Notes: generated from the sequence alone by a model not told the origin. Numbered from the stretch's first letter, positions 14,187 to 25,530 are shown. The stretch is DNA of 45,177 bases from Chiloscyllium plagiosum (GCF_004010195.1 NC_057754.1:5200327-5245503), one strand, 5' to 3'. Numbers and translations: made by a program.

Positions 14187-14679
14187 GTGCACTCTGTGGT
14201 TTCTGACACAACGTATTGGAGTTTGCAATTATCAAATAGTTATGTTATGGAGGCAGTGTGCAACACTGGTGCTATGACAACAGGATACCTTTGCTCCAGT
14301 GTTACGATGAAAATAATTCTGCTGCGTGAAATGTTGAACGGGTTGGGCTTATATGCATTGGAGTTTAAAAGAATGAGAGGTGACCTCTTATTTAAATGTG
14401 AACTTGATGGGACTGGATATAGGGAGGATGGTTCCTCTTGTGTGGAAGCCTAGAACTTGGGGACCGTGTAAGGATAGGAGGTCTCGCTTTAAAGACAGGG
14501 ACTAGGGGAACTGTTTTCTCTGAAAGAGAGAATGAAGCTCGTTCTATACAAGCACCACCCTCTGCGTGACAAAGTTACTCCTCAGGATCTTTTTGCATCT
14601 TTCCCCTCTCACCTTAAACCTGTGCCATCTGGTTTTGGCCTCCCCTATCCTACCACCACCCTCCTTGCACCATCACAAA

Positions 14680-15170
14680 CCATGAGGGGACCCTATACAG
14701 ACAACAAGCAAAACTAATGTCATTTACAAAATACCATGCAAGGACTGTAACAAACACTACTTTGGACAAACAAGCAGAAAACTAGCCACCAGGATACATA
14801 AACATCAACTAGCCACAAAATGACATGACCCTCTCTCACTAGTATCCTGACATACAGATAAGGAAGGACACCATTTCGACTGGGACAACACATCCATCCT
14901 AGGACAAGCCAAACAGAGACACGCACGAGAATTCCTAGATTCATGGCATTCCAACCGGAACTCTATCAACAAACGCATCAAGTTAGACCCCATCTACCAC
15001 CCCCTGAGAAAAAAGAACAGGAAGTGACATCACCAACCCAAACATAAATAGAAAGCAGGAATCATCAACAGTGCTTCATCCGAAGGCCCACTGAAGATGT
15101 TACCTAGTAGGGTGACGAAACGTCTGGAAATGAACCTTCCAGCTCAGCGAGCAAACCGACATCCAGCAAT
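14680..15170 (+). mobile_element. Penelope-like element 3' end (GIY-YIG endonuclease remnant + pLTR)
   Basis: Translates as KTNVIYKIPCKDCNKHYFGQTSRKLATRIHKHQLA...HHFDWDNTSILGQAKQRHAREFL, with in-frame stops. Confidence 0.85.
15088..15127 (+). ncRNA. Minimal type I hammerhead ribozyme motif, intact core (second Penelope family)
   Basis: CCA-CTGAAGA-T-GTTACC(TAGTAG)GGTGAC-GAA-ACGT-C-TGG; stem I CCA/TGG; directly 3' of a GIY-YIG coding remnant. Confidence 0.75.
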
Positions 15171-15714
15171 ACACACTGCTTAGAGGAACCTTTGCATTTG
15201 AAATTGCCACAGATCCACTGGGCACTATTTTCAGACCAGTACTTTGCTTTCTTCCACCTCGCTTGCTGAACATGACAATTCCTTTCTGATCCACACGTGC
15301 CGCCTACCTTCAGAAAGCTCGTCTTAGCAAATGCACCTAGCCAGCAGCTTTTCAACGACAAGGTAACCAAAGGTCTTGATTAATGCAAACCTGTGGGCAT
15401 GCTTGCCAAGTGGTCACCAGGCAATGTTTAGAAGCAGGAACCCTGACTGAGCAGAGTGGGAATAAAGCCTGGCTGTCAATCTGAATGAGCTTTTCACTTT
15501 CGCACGCAGGAAGCCAATTTCTCTCCTGTCTGCAGCTGCAGCTCATCTCAGCATTGCACAATGACCTCCGAATTGACACACAACCATCAAACTGCCAGTC
15601 AGTCACGTCACAAAATCCTTGTAACACGCACAGAGCAGAACCAAAAAAGGCAAGGGGCCAGTCTGTTTTCTGACAACAATAAAATGCAAGTCAACTTCCC
15701 CAAAGCAAGGGGAA

Positions 15715-16433
15715 ACTAAACATTAGCTTTTATGATTCGAGGGATTAAGTTTCAGAGCTGCAGCTATACACAACTCTGGTGCAGCTGCATTTGGAGTATT
15801 GCATACAGTTCTAGTCACCGCATCATAGGAAGGATATGGAAGCTTTGGAAAGGGTTCAGAGATGATTTACCAGGATGTTGCCTGGTATGGAGGGAAGTTC
15901 TTATGAGGAAAACATTAGCTTTTATGATTCGAGGGATTAAGTTTCAGAGCTGCAGCTATACACAACTCTGGTGCAGCTGCATTTGGAGTATTGCATACAG
16001 TTCTAGTCACCGCATCACAGGAAGGATGTGGAAGCTTTGGAAAGGGTGCAGAGGTGATTTACCAGGATGTTGCCTGGTATGGAGGGAAGCTCTTATGAGG
16101 AAAGGCTGAGGGACTGGAGGCTGTTTTCATTAGAGAGGAGGTTGAGAGGTGACTTAATTGAGACATATAAAATGATCAGAGGGTTAGCTAGGATGGACAG
16201 GGAGAGCCTTTTTCCTCGGATAGTGATGTATAGCACAAGGGGGCATAGCTTTAAATTAAGGGGTGCTAGATATAGGACACATGTCAGAGGTAGTTTCTTT
16301 ACTCAGAGTATTGGGGCATGGAATGCCCTGCCTCCAACAGTAGTAGACTTGCCTTTAAGGGCACTTAAATGGTCATTGGATAAATATATGGTTGATAGTG
16401 GAATAGTGTAGGATAGATAGGCTTCAGATTGGT
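15715..16433 (+). mobile_element. CR1 LINE 3' fragment with 192-bp tandem duplication
   Basis: SYEERLRDWRLFSLERRLRGDLIETYKMIRG; CATTAGCTTTTATG at 15721 and 15913. Confidence 0.85.
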
Positions 16434-16447
16434 TCTATCTTCTATTA

Positions 16448-16638
16448 GGAGGAGAAAGTGAGGACTGCAGATACTGGAGATCAGAGCTGAAAATGTGTTG
16501 CTGGAAAAGCACAGCAGGTCAGGCAGCATCCAAGGAGCAGGATTCCTGAAGAAGGGCTCATGCCCGAAACGTCGATTCTCCTGCTCCTTGGATGCTGCCT
16601 GACCTGCTGCGCTTTTCCAGCAACACATTTTCAGCTCT
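16448..16638. mobile_element. Penelope-like pLTR-derived mini-element: inverted repeat enclosing a hammerhead motif, with 14-bp TSD
   Basis: Arms 16483-16542 and 16579-16638 are reverse complements (59/60). Flanking direct repeat TCTATCTTCTATTA at 16434-16447 and 16636-16649. Confidence 0.8.
16541..16578 (+). ncRNA. Minimal type I hammerhead ribozyme motif, intact core
   Basis: CTGAAGA-A-GGGC(TCAT)GCCC-GAA-ACGT-C; palindromic ACGT stem III; predicted cleavage after GUC at 16573. Confidence 0.75.
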
Positions 16639-17829
16639 ATCTTCTATTAAGCTAGAACTCTCCACCAGTTTAATCTCAATTTGTGTTCACAAAAATAATA
16701 AACTCTGTTCGGCTGATGATTGCTGGCTCGTGTGCATCGTTATCTGCAGTACATCAGTCATTTCAGGATCCAGACATACTGTAGGAGAGAGGGCGGTTTT
16801 AACCTTTGAACAGGAGTTTTCTGTAGCACCATTCAAGAGTTTGAAGGCAATGGTTCATGCTGCAGGACGGAGGAGCAGAGAGTGAACCAATGCATCTCAC
16901 CAAGTGACCGAGCACAAGAGAGATTGGGAATTGGAACTACCTGGAAGCAATTAATGGAAAGGCACAGAACAATAAAGTAGCCAAATGCAAACAGGGCAAC
17001 AGTGAGGGGTTCCAATCAACATTTCCTTTCTCAGCCAAACGTCAACAAACCATGTTAGCTGATAAAACAACTACATGGCATTTTGGGAGCTTTTTCTGTA
17101 CAAACTGGCAACCACAAATTGTTGACTATAAACCACTCTGCGGCCTCCCGAGATCACAAAGAGCACTGCAACAGAGGTCTTTATTTCTACATCTGAAGGA
17201 TCAGGGAGAGTTGATAAGTTAGCTCTTCTGTTGAGAATTAAGGAGGGCAAGCCACACCAGGAGCTTGATGATAGGGCAGCACAGTGGCTTAGCGGTTAGT
17301 ACTGCTGGGTGGAACGTCTTTCAGAGGGGCAGCATAGCCTCAGCGGGCCAAATGACCTGCTTCCACACTGTAGGGATTCTACATTCTGTGATTTGAACAA
17401 TGGAGGTGGCTGAATTGTCTTTGTATTTCTGGTCTGTCTAAGGTGCAAGGAAACATATAGCATTTACACATATCATACCTCCGAGAAACAGAGATTCCTG
17501 AAGCGCTGTCAATAGTGAGAGTTAACGTACATTCGACTAGACTCCAGGAAATAATAAATGGATTGAGTTTGTTTGTTTGCTTTACATTTTGGCATGTGTG
17601 CGAGCACGAGAGAACGTGCATGTGTACGCGGGAGTGAGAGCCTGTGTGGGTGTGTGTGTGTGGGGACACGGGTGGGCAGCGTAATTTTGGGGCTTTAACC
17701 TTTATTTGAACCCCACGTTACCTTCGCTTTTATCTCAAAGATGTCACCTCCAAGAAGGAGCACTGTCTCAAACTAAGCTCAAATGATCAGGAGCTGGATT
17801 TGAACATAACCTTTAGCTCTGGAGCAGAT

Positions 17830-18185
17830 GGGGAGCTGATGGCCTAGTGGTATTAATGCTAGACTTTTAATTTAGAGATCCTGGTAATGCTCTGGGAATC
17901 CAGGTTCATATCCTTCCATGGCAGAGGGCAGAACTTTAATTCAATAAACATCTGGAATTAGGGGTGTAATGATGACCACAAAACCATTGATTGTCAGAAA
18001 AACCCCATCTAGTTCACTAGTGCTCTTTAAGGAAGGCAAATGCGATCCTTACCCGGTCTGGTCGATATGAGACTCCAGACCCCAGAGCAATGTGGTTGAC
18101 ACTTAATTGCGCAGAGGACAGTTAGGGATGGGTAATAAATGCTGGCCTAGCCAGCAATGCCAACATCTTGTCACTGAATTTAAAA
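17830..18185 (+). mobile_element. Deu-domain SINE (SacSINE1-like)
   Basis: tRNA-like head; Deu-like core GTTCACTAGTGCTCTTTAAGGAAGG...CCTTACCCGGTCTGG...GACTCCAGACCC; tail AATAAATGCTGGCCTAGCCAGC. Confidence 0.7.
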
Positions 18186-18271
18186 ACTGAGGCACTTCCT
18201 GTTTGGCCCAGGTTTGAAGCTCTCTAAAACAAAGATTCCAGCTCAAAGAAAATCAAAAAGAGCACACACCT

Positions 18272-18825
18272 ATCATAGAGTCATAGAGACGTACAGCACA
18301 GAAACAGACCCTTCAGTCCAACCCATCCATGCCGACCAGATATCCTAACTCAATCTAATCCCACCTGCCAGCACCCAGCCCATATCCCTCCAAACCCTTC
18401 CCATTCATATACCCATACAAAAGTCTTTTAAATGTTGCAATTGTACCAGCCTCCACCACTTCCTCTGGCAGCTCATATACGTACCACATTCTGCGTGAAA
18501 AAGTAGACCCTTACGTCCCTCTTAAATCTTTCCCCTCTAACCCTAAACCTATGCCCTCTAGTTCTGGACTCCCCCACCCCAGGGAAAAGACTTTGCCTAT
18601 TTACCCTATCCATGCCCCTTCACGATTTTATAAACCTCTATAAGGTCACCTCTCAGCTTCCTACTCTCCAAGGAAAACAGCCCCAGCCTATTCAACCTCT
18701 CTCTAAAGCTCAAATCCTTCAACCCTGGCACCAGCCTTGTAAATCTTTTCTGAATCCTTTCAAGTTTCACAACATCCTACCAACATGAAGGAGACCAGAT
18801 TTGCACGCAATATTCCAAAAGTTAA
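18272..18825 (-). mobile_element. CR1 (HER1-like) LINE 3' end
   Basis: Close reverse-complement copy of 1-391, extending further 5'. Confidence 0.9.
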
Positions 18826-18940
18826 TATTAACAACCACAGCCTGAGGGAGATTTTCAATTTGCTACAATCATTCATCTGCCCAGGTCAGAAGACAAACAA
18901 AATCAGCCCTCCCAAGCTGCGAGAAGCTTATCACGATTAC

Positions 18941-19312
18941 CTGAGCAAAGTACATATTCATGAGACCGAGGGTGAAGAACTGCAGGCAGACCGGGAAGCA
19001 GTAGAGCAGCCAGAAGGAGAAAGGGCCCAGGGTGTTGGCTTTGATGGTGTCTCGGAAGTAAAATGAGAAGAGGGTAGTCCTCAGAGCAGCCCACAGGAGA
19101 CACAGGAAGAGGAAGACAGTCTGGTAGCTGAACTTCTTGTGCCTGTAATGCAGCACCAGCCAGAGCTGGATGTAGATAAGGAGGAAGAGGAGTCCATAAA
19201 GTGCAGTGTAGACAATGGTCAGTCCCAGCGTTACCGAGAGCGGAACAGCAGGTTGCAGGGGTTCAGGGCTCACTGTGTTCAACACGATATCCATAACTTG
19301 TGCATCTTCCAT
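18941..19312 (-). CDS. GPR137: GPR137 integral membrane protein, first main coding exon (124 codons, TM1-TM3)
   Basis: Translation MEDAQ...[17 protein letters not shown]...[41 protein letters not shown]...[18 protein letters not shown] matches the GPR137 family. [17 protein letters not shown] favours GPR137 over GPR137B/C. ATG at 19312 is in strong Kozak context (AAGATGG). Phase-0 donor CAG|GTAATC at 18941/18940; upstream acceptor ttctctcctggtag|G at 19366/19365. Confidence 0.93.
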
Positions 19313-19314
19313 CT

Positions 19315-19341
19315 TCAGGTCTGGAACCACGGTGGCACCAT
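19315..19341 (-). promoter_or_regulatory. Upstream ORF (MVPPWFQT*) ending 2 nt before the GPR137 ATG
   Basis: ATG GTG CCA CCG TGG TTC CAG ACC TGA AG ATG, within the exon bounded by the 19365 acceptor. Confidence 0.6.
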
Positions 19342-20429
19342 GCACTGGACTGATCTCAGAATAACCTACCAGGAGAGAAATTTAAATCAAGTTTAAACTT
19401 TAACTCTCTGTAATGATCAGTCAGCCAGCAGATAAACAGACAATCACCTCCAATGGAAGGGAGTATTGAATACATACACATGTGCAGCTCAACAACCCCG
19501 CTCTGACCAAAACTACTAGCGGACTTTCAAAACCAGCAGTTGCTGGGGTGGGAAGGGGAATTCAGAAGCCTGAATTCTGGTTAAGCAACAGATAGAGAGA
19601 GAGGGCTAGGGTTCATGGTCAGAGCACTGTGCAGTGATTTCTTTCTTCAAGCAGAAGACAGTTTGGGGATGTTAAGAGAGGGTTCAGCTGTAATGCTCCC
19701 CATTCAGCTTAAGACTCAGATGCGCAGAGTCGTGAGTTTGTAAAGATACTGGCCACTAACCAACACCAGGAGAATGGTGTCGAAGTGGGATTTGGCCTCA
19801 CTCAGAGCTGTAAGCCGAATCCACAACCCCCACCCCCTGGTCTTTAACCTTTCTGGGTAATTTATAACTTCAAGGTGATGCACTGAGCAATCGTAAAGAA
19901 ACAGAAATTCAGTCAACTTTTGTAAGCACAAGACTGATCCTTGGGGAGGTACTGTCAGCCATGAAAGCCAATATCTCAGAGGGAATCATTTGAGCTGCAG
20001 CATTACTGTTTTACCAGGGTCATGAACATCAGCTCTCACCACACCTTCGCTATCTGATTGGCAAATACACTCTTTAAACAAGAGGGAAAGCACCAGCTGG
20101 CTATTTTGGGCACCCTGCCATGGTACCCGATCCATTCCAGTGCACATACAGTGAAACTCTTGGCGAAAAGGGGATGGTAGCATGATATTATCCCACTACC
20201 AGCATCAGCGGTCCAAAGTGAAGCTGCTGAATCGGCACTGTTTGTGGTGGTGGTGGTGGGGGGAGAGATTTGTGGACAGCTTTGGCACTGTGGGAACGCA
20301 CAAACTCTGAAATGGATCCAGACGGCTGAAACCTCAACCGACAATTACCACGCGTGTCAGGGTTTCTCCAAAGAGGCGACATTTGGGTGATTTTGCAATT
20401 GAGAGGAAAAATGGGATTTCACATTTCTG

Positions 20430-20700
20430 GGCAGTGTGTTTTCCCTATGGTGGGGGAATTCAAGACTAGAGGGCATATTTACACTCAGAGTGGTTCACAT
20501 GTGGAACGAACTTCCAGACAAAGTGGTGGACGCGGGTACAGTTACAATGTTTAAAAGGTATTTGGATAAGGACATTAATAAGAGATGTTCAGAGGGATAT
20601 GGACCAGGAACAGGCAAGTGGGACTAATTTGGTGTGAGAATATGGTCCAGTCTGGACTGGCTGGACCGAACGGTCAGTGTCGGTGCTGTCTGACTCTAGG
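20430..20700 (+). mobile_element. CR1 3' end
   Basis: FTLRVVHMWNELPDKVVDAGT. Confidence 0.8.
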
Positions 20701-21589
20701 CGAGAATCAGATCCCACACAGTGGATAAAAACACAAAAGAAAGACAGTTTAACCTTTGCGAAAAGTGAAACAATAATATCAAACATCCACCCGATTGACT
20801 ATTTAAATGAGTTCCCAATTACTTATACTGTGCACAGATGAGTCTCCCAAAAAGGCGAATGTCGACCTGAAATGCTCAGCAGCAGTATTGAGAGTTTCCA
20901 GCACCCTTATCAAAGGGACGTGCAACAGGAGGCTGAGCACAGACAACAGCTCGAAGACTTGGAAGATGGAAAAGATCAGCCCGCTAGTTCCAGCTTTTCT
21001 TCCTCAAGTCAGCTGGCGCCAAACTGTGTTGGGAATCGGCCAGTGATATTAAACGTTTTGGCAAAGTTGGATGGTCTTTCTTCTTCACAGTTTAAATATG
21101 TCTCCAGTTTCGAACCTTTCTACACTTTTGGCCGCACTGAAAGGGCCACAACGTTTCTCCTTCGGTGGACTGCACCAATGTTAACAATGGGTAAGCTGGT
21201 CCCATTCCCACCGTTGAGAAACGGTCATTAACGCAGGACTGGATTAGTGTCCTCTTCCCCTCGAGTGCACAGCTTGGGTGAAAGTTGCCCAAAAGCCCCT
21301 CAAAGGCACTTGTCATCTACCCCGGCATGGCTCAATTTGATCCAGCACACTGTCAGTCTTTGGCAAGCAGCGGATGTACAGAACATTCTTCTTCCACCTG
21401 CTAAATAAGAGGAGAGGGTTTTTACACTTCTTCATAATCACCAAGTGCAATGCTCTCACATAATTCCACCATGCATCGTAACATCATGCACCATAATTAA
21501 GTCAAGACTGGGTTGCACCCAACCCAAGCAACTCAACTCAAGGAATCAATTTTGTTGCAAGTGACATGCAACACAAAGTACTTGCCACA

Positions 21590-21810
21590 GAATAGAGGAA
21601 GCTTTACTGTATCTAACCCTGTGCTGTCCCTGTCCTGGGGAGTGTTTGATGGGGACAGTGTAAATGGACCTTTACTTTGTATCTAGCCCAACGCTATTGC
21701 TGTCCTGGGAACATTTGATGGGGCAGGTATAGGGACATGTTTACTCTATATCTAATCCCGTGCTATACCTGTTCTTGGAATGATTGATGGAGACAGTTTA
21801 GAAAGCTTCA
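21590..21810. repeat. ~69-bp degenerate tandem repeat, ~3 copies
   Basis: TTTACT.TGTATCTA.CCC..GCT....CTGTCCTGGGA...TTTGATGGGG recurs. Confidence 0.8.
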
Positions 21811-22849
21811 CCATATCTGCTCTGGGAATTCTCAATATGGACACCGCATGACTGAAACACAAAACATTCCACTCCCTCACTGACAAGCTCAAACAAAAAA
21901 AAAGTCAGATGGATTAAAAAGCAGTGTGTCAAAGTGATCACAAAGGCATAATCTCATCACGTACAGCTTCAGATAAGGGATTGGTTCTGATAATGGCTTG
22001 AGATTGACAATGTTATCAGAACTGACTAGATCTTCTTCGAAACTATTTCAACTTACTTATTATCCCTTAAATAACGTACGTGTTGTTTCAAATAAACGTG
22101 TCAGAATTGGGACAGGAGGAACAACCAAACATTTTAGAGAGAAGCAGAATTGCTTCAACCTGTTCCAATCAAAATTTCACAATAAATTGTGACCACACAA
22201 ACAGGGAAGAGTGAGATGGTTGTAAAGTTCAGACTGACTCCTAACCACTATTCGGTTGGGAAGCGCTCACTTTGATCACATTCTGCTACAGTGTTCTCAT
22301 TTCCAAGCCTCCCTGGCCAGCCCCTCTCAAAGATTGGTCATTTTCCCACAAAAATCATAAACTCCGTCCCAATGATGCACACTTTGGAGTGCAGGAATTT
22401 AATGCAGGATTGCTGAGTGAGTAAAAAAAATAAATCTCACTTCAGCCGAATATCCGTTTGAGCTCTCGGAAACTGTGAGAAGCTGACAGGGAGAAAATGT
22501 CAAGCATTTAAGCCATGAGCTGCACCATAGCTCCCTTAACAAAAAGAGTATTCCTTTCTGTAACAAGAGCTATTACTGTTCATCGTACAAGAATGGAAGC
22601 TTTAAAAACCCCAAGCCACGCTACAGCAGACAGAAATCCGTCAACAACATAAAGACATTCATTAAAATGAATCTCAAGGAAAAAGAAATCACTGGCTGAT
22701 ATAACTGAAAATAAATGTGGCATGAAACTCTTAGTCACCTCAGGGATAAACATTTAAAACAAATTAGCTGCTGCTCATCTCATTCCTTCTTAAACGGAAG
22801 TAAAATCCTAAGCCATGTACTGAACTATGAGCAGATACCACTGCCTCTC

Positions 22850-23900
22850 CCCACTATCAGGTTTAGAATTGCTGAATGAACAAACATATACACCACTGAA
22901 TCCCCCATAATTAACATCCCATGGATGACCAGGACATGAACTGGATCAGGCTTATGAATAGCATGGCCACAACAGCAGGACAGAGATTGAGAACATTGCA
23001 ATGAGCAGCTCACTTCCTGACTCCCAATGCCTCTCCTTCATCTCAAGGCCATAGGAGCAGAATTACACCTTCCAGCACAGAGTCTGTTCTACCATCGCTG
23101 ATATGTTTCTCAACCCCGTTCTCCTGCCTTCACCCTTTAATCTCCTTACTAATCAAGAACCTACTTCTGTCTTACATTCACTGAATGACTTGGCTTCCAC
23201 AGCCTTCTGCAGCAATGGGTTCCACAGATTTACCACCCTCTGGCTGAAGAAATTAAAGAAACCCCCAAGGCACAAGTCAGGAGTGTGAGGGAATATTCCC
23301 CCCTTGTCTGGATAGATGCAGCTCCAACAACACAAAACGTTTGACACCCTTCAGAGCAGAAGAGCCTGCTTTTAACTGGAACTGTCTCACCACCAATACA
23401 CAATGGCCAAAACACGCACCATCTACAAGACACACTTCACTAACTCAGCAAAGCTTCTTCAGCAGCACCTTGCAAATCAGTAATCTCGAGGGTGTAGGTT
23501 TACTCGCTGAGCTGTAGGTTTGATATCCAGACGTTCATTACCTGGCTAGGTAACATCATCAGTGGCGACCTCCAAGTGAAGCGAAGCTGTTGTCTCCTGC
23601 TTTCTATTTATATCTTTCTCCTGGATGGGGTTCCGGGGTTTGTGGTGATGTCATTTCCTGTTCGTTTTTCTCTATATCCCAGGAGGACAAGGGACCACTC
23701 GCAGCTACAAAACCCTTCCAAGTCCAGACCAGCATAATATCAGACGCTCCTTCAGTGTCAATGGATCGAAGTCCTGGAGTCTTCTTCCAATCAACATTGT
23801 GGGTCCACAACACATGGACTTCAGCAGTTCAACAGGTTTACCACCATCTTCTCAACAGCAATGAAGGACAGGCAATAAATACTGGCCTAACTCACTTCCA
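22850..23900 (+). mobile_element. Second LINE family fragment with nested CR1 (23050-23255) and Penelope (23490-23670) pieces
   Basis: CAAGGCACAAGTCAGGAGTGTGAGGGAATATTCCCC matches the reverse complement of 40570-40605. Confidence 0.65.
23490..23670 (-). mobile_element. Penelope-like pLTR fragment, hammerhead with 1-nt core deletion
   Basis: Minus strand reads CCACTGATGATGTTACCTAGCCAGGTAATGAACGTCTGG. Confidence 0.75.
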
Positions 23901-24209
23901 ATGAACAAATCAAACACAAGGTCCTGAGGCTGCCACACTGCAACTGCTGAGTCCTATCATAAAAGGATTTCTGTAGACCTAATGGGAAGAAGCAGCAGAC
24001 AGAGAAACCTACTCAGTGAAAATAAATATCACTGGAACCACCCCCACAGTCAGTCAGATCTCTAATTGATTTCACAGCTCAAGACTATAAGTGACCTAGA
24101 GATACAGGGATTGTAGGCTGAGGGGTTACTGGACCTCAGACAGATCTGACCATAACTAGAATGTAGTGTCACCCCTAGAATCCCAGAAGCCCCCGCCCCT
24201 TTGACAACT

Positions 24210-24640
24210 ATGTCCAGAGGAAGCGCCCGACAAACAAGTCCAGAGGAAGACCTTACCCCCCTGATACCCCAGTCCTGAGGAAGCTCCTACCCCCCCCGAT
24301 ACCCCAGTCCTGAGGAAGCCCCTACCCCATCCCCCGATACCCCAGTCCTGAGGAAGCCCCGACCCCCTGATAACCCAGTACCCAGTCCTGAGGAAGCTCC
24401 TACCCCCGATAACCCAGTCCTGAGGAAGCCCCTACCCCCCTGATAACCCAGTCCTGAGGAAGCTCCTACCCCCCTGATAACCCAGTCCTGAGGAAGCCCC
24501 TACCCAGTGATAGCCCAGTCCTGAGGAAGCCCCTACCGCCCTGATTACCCAGTCCTGAGGAAGCCCCTAACCCCCTGATTACCCAGTCCTGAGGAAGCCC
24601 CTAACCCCCTGATTACCCAGTCCTGAGGAAGCCCCTACCC
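24210..24640. repeat. ~34-bp minisatellite, 11 good + 2 degenerate copies
   Basis: Unit CCCAGTCCTGAGGAAGCCCCTACCCCCCTGATAA. Confidence 0.95.
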
Positions 24641-24959
24641 CCTGGTAAGTGTGACCTGAGTATTCCCCTCTTTCCCCCCCCATTCCCCATTGATGATTGG
24701 CCCTTGCCTAGATTCCCCCACCCCTTCCCTCACTCTGGATGGTTTTGTGGGCACCACCTTCTGCACAGGATGGACCAGTCGAGACCATTGTGTGTTTGTG
24801 AGGGGGGGGGTGTCAAGGTGGTTCCATCCCGAGACCCCACCCCCGAGCTCTGCCTCAATGGAACATTCTGTCAAACCCCTCGTCTCTCTCCAAACTCCCC
24901 GTCAACTGGAAACCAAACTCCGCCGGCGGACCCCATTCTCACCTCCCATCTCATCCTTC

Positions 24960-25530
24960 CTGGTCACATTACCGCGCGATCGCCAGGCGGGTGAAAACTC
25001 CGTTTAGCGCCTCTCGCTTTGAATTTCACTCGGAGCGGAGCGGCTCAGCGGCGGACCCTTCAAATCCGTCAAGGGGAGACCTGCCGCGCCTGCGCGCCAG
25101 CCGGCCGCTCTTTATTTTCCCACACCCCGGATTGACTGCGCCTGCGGACCCGCCGCTGCCCACTGCGCCTGCTCACTCCTCCCCGTCAGTTGGCTGTGTG
25201 GAGACCGGCCGGCAGCCGCTCGCGTATCCCGCCGAATGCGCCTGCTCAGTCCCGTCAGTTCGCGGTGGTCAGCCGCCACCCGCGCGCGTACCTTGCCGAC
25301 TGCGCCTGCTCATTCCCGTCAATACACGATGGGGAGGGAGGCCGGCCGGCAGCGGCAGCAGCAGCGCGCGTAACCCGCCGACTGCGCCTGCTCATTCCCG
25401 TCAATACACAATGGGGAGGCCGGCCGACAGCCGCACGCGTATCCCGTCAATTGCGCCTGCTCACTCCCGTCGGTTCGCGGGAGTGCGCATAACGCCGACG
25501 CCGGGTGATGCACTTGCGCATGCGTGCATG
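24960..25530. promoter_or_regulatory. CpG island / probable GPR137 promoter with NRF1-like motifs
   Basis: Only CpG-dense stretch in the window. Contains TGCGCATGCG (25515-25524), GCGCCTGCGC (25086-25095) and repeated TGCGCCTGC units; about 5.6 kb upstream of the main coding exon. Confidence 0.8.
24973..25100 (-). other. GPR137: Probable non-coding first exon of GPR137 (5' end approximate)
   Basis: GC-rich, ATG-free segment at the edge of the CpG island, ending in donor GCG|GTAATG at 24973/24972. Confidence 0.55.

Noticed and set aside
18869..19345. ORF-track boundaries for GPR137
   Set aside because: The track starts at a GTG and reads through the donor at 18940 into intron. Real limits were set by the ATG at 19312 and the splice site.
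21091..21190. Plus-strand 100-nt exon (ttcttcacag| ... |gtaagc)
   Set aside because: Splice-like ends, but no recognisable protein and no partner exons; likely chance. The same applies to the lone donor at 34191 and the acceptor at 27559.
24210..24640. CRISPR-like array
   Set aside because: Units are head-to-tail with no unique spacers, there are no cas genes, and the context is vertebrate. It is a minisatellite. The same applies to 31495-32152.
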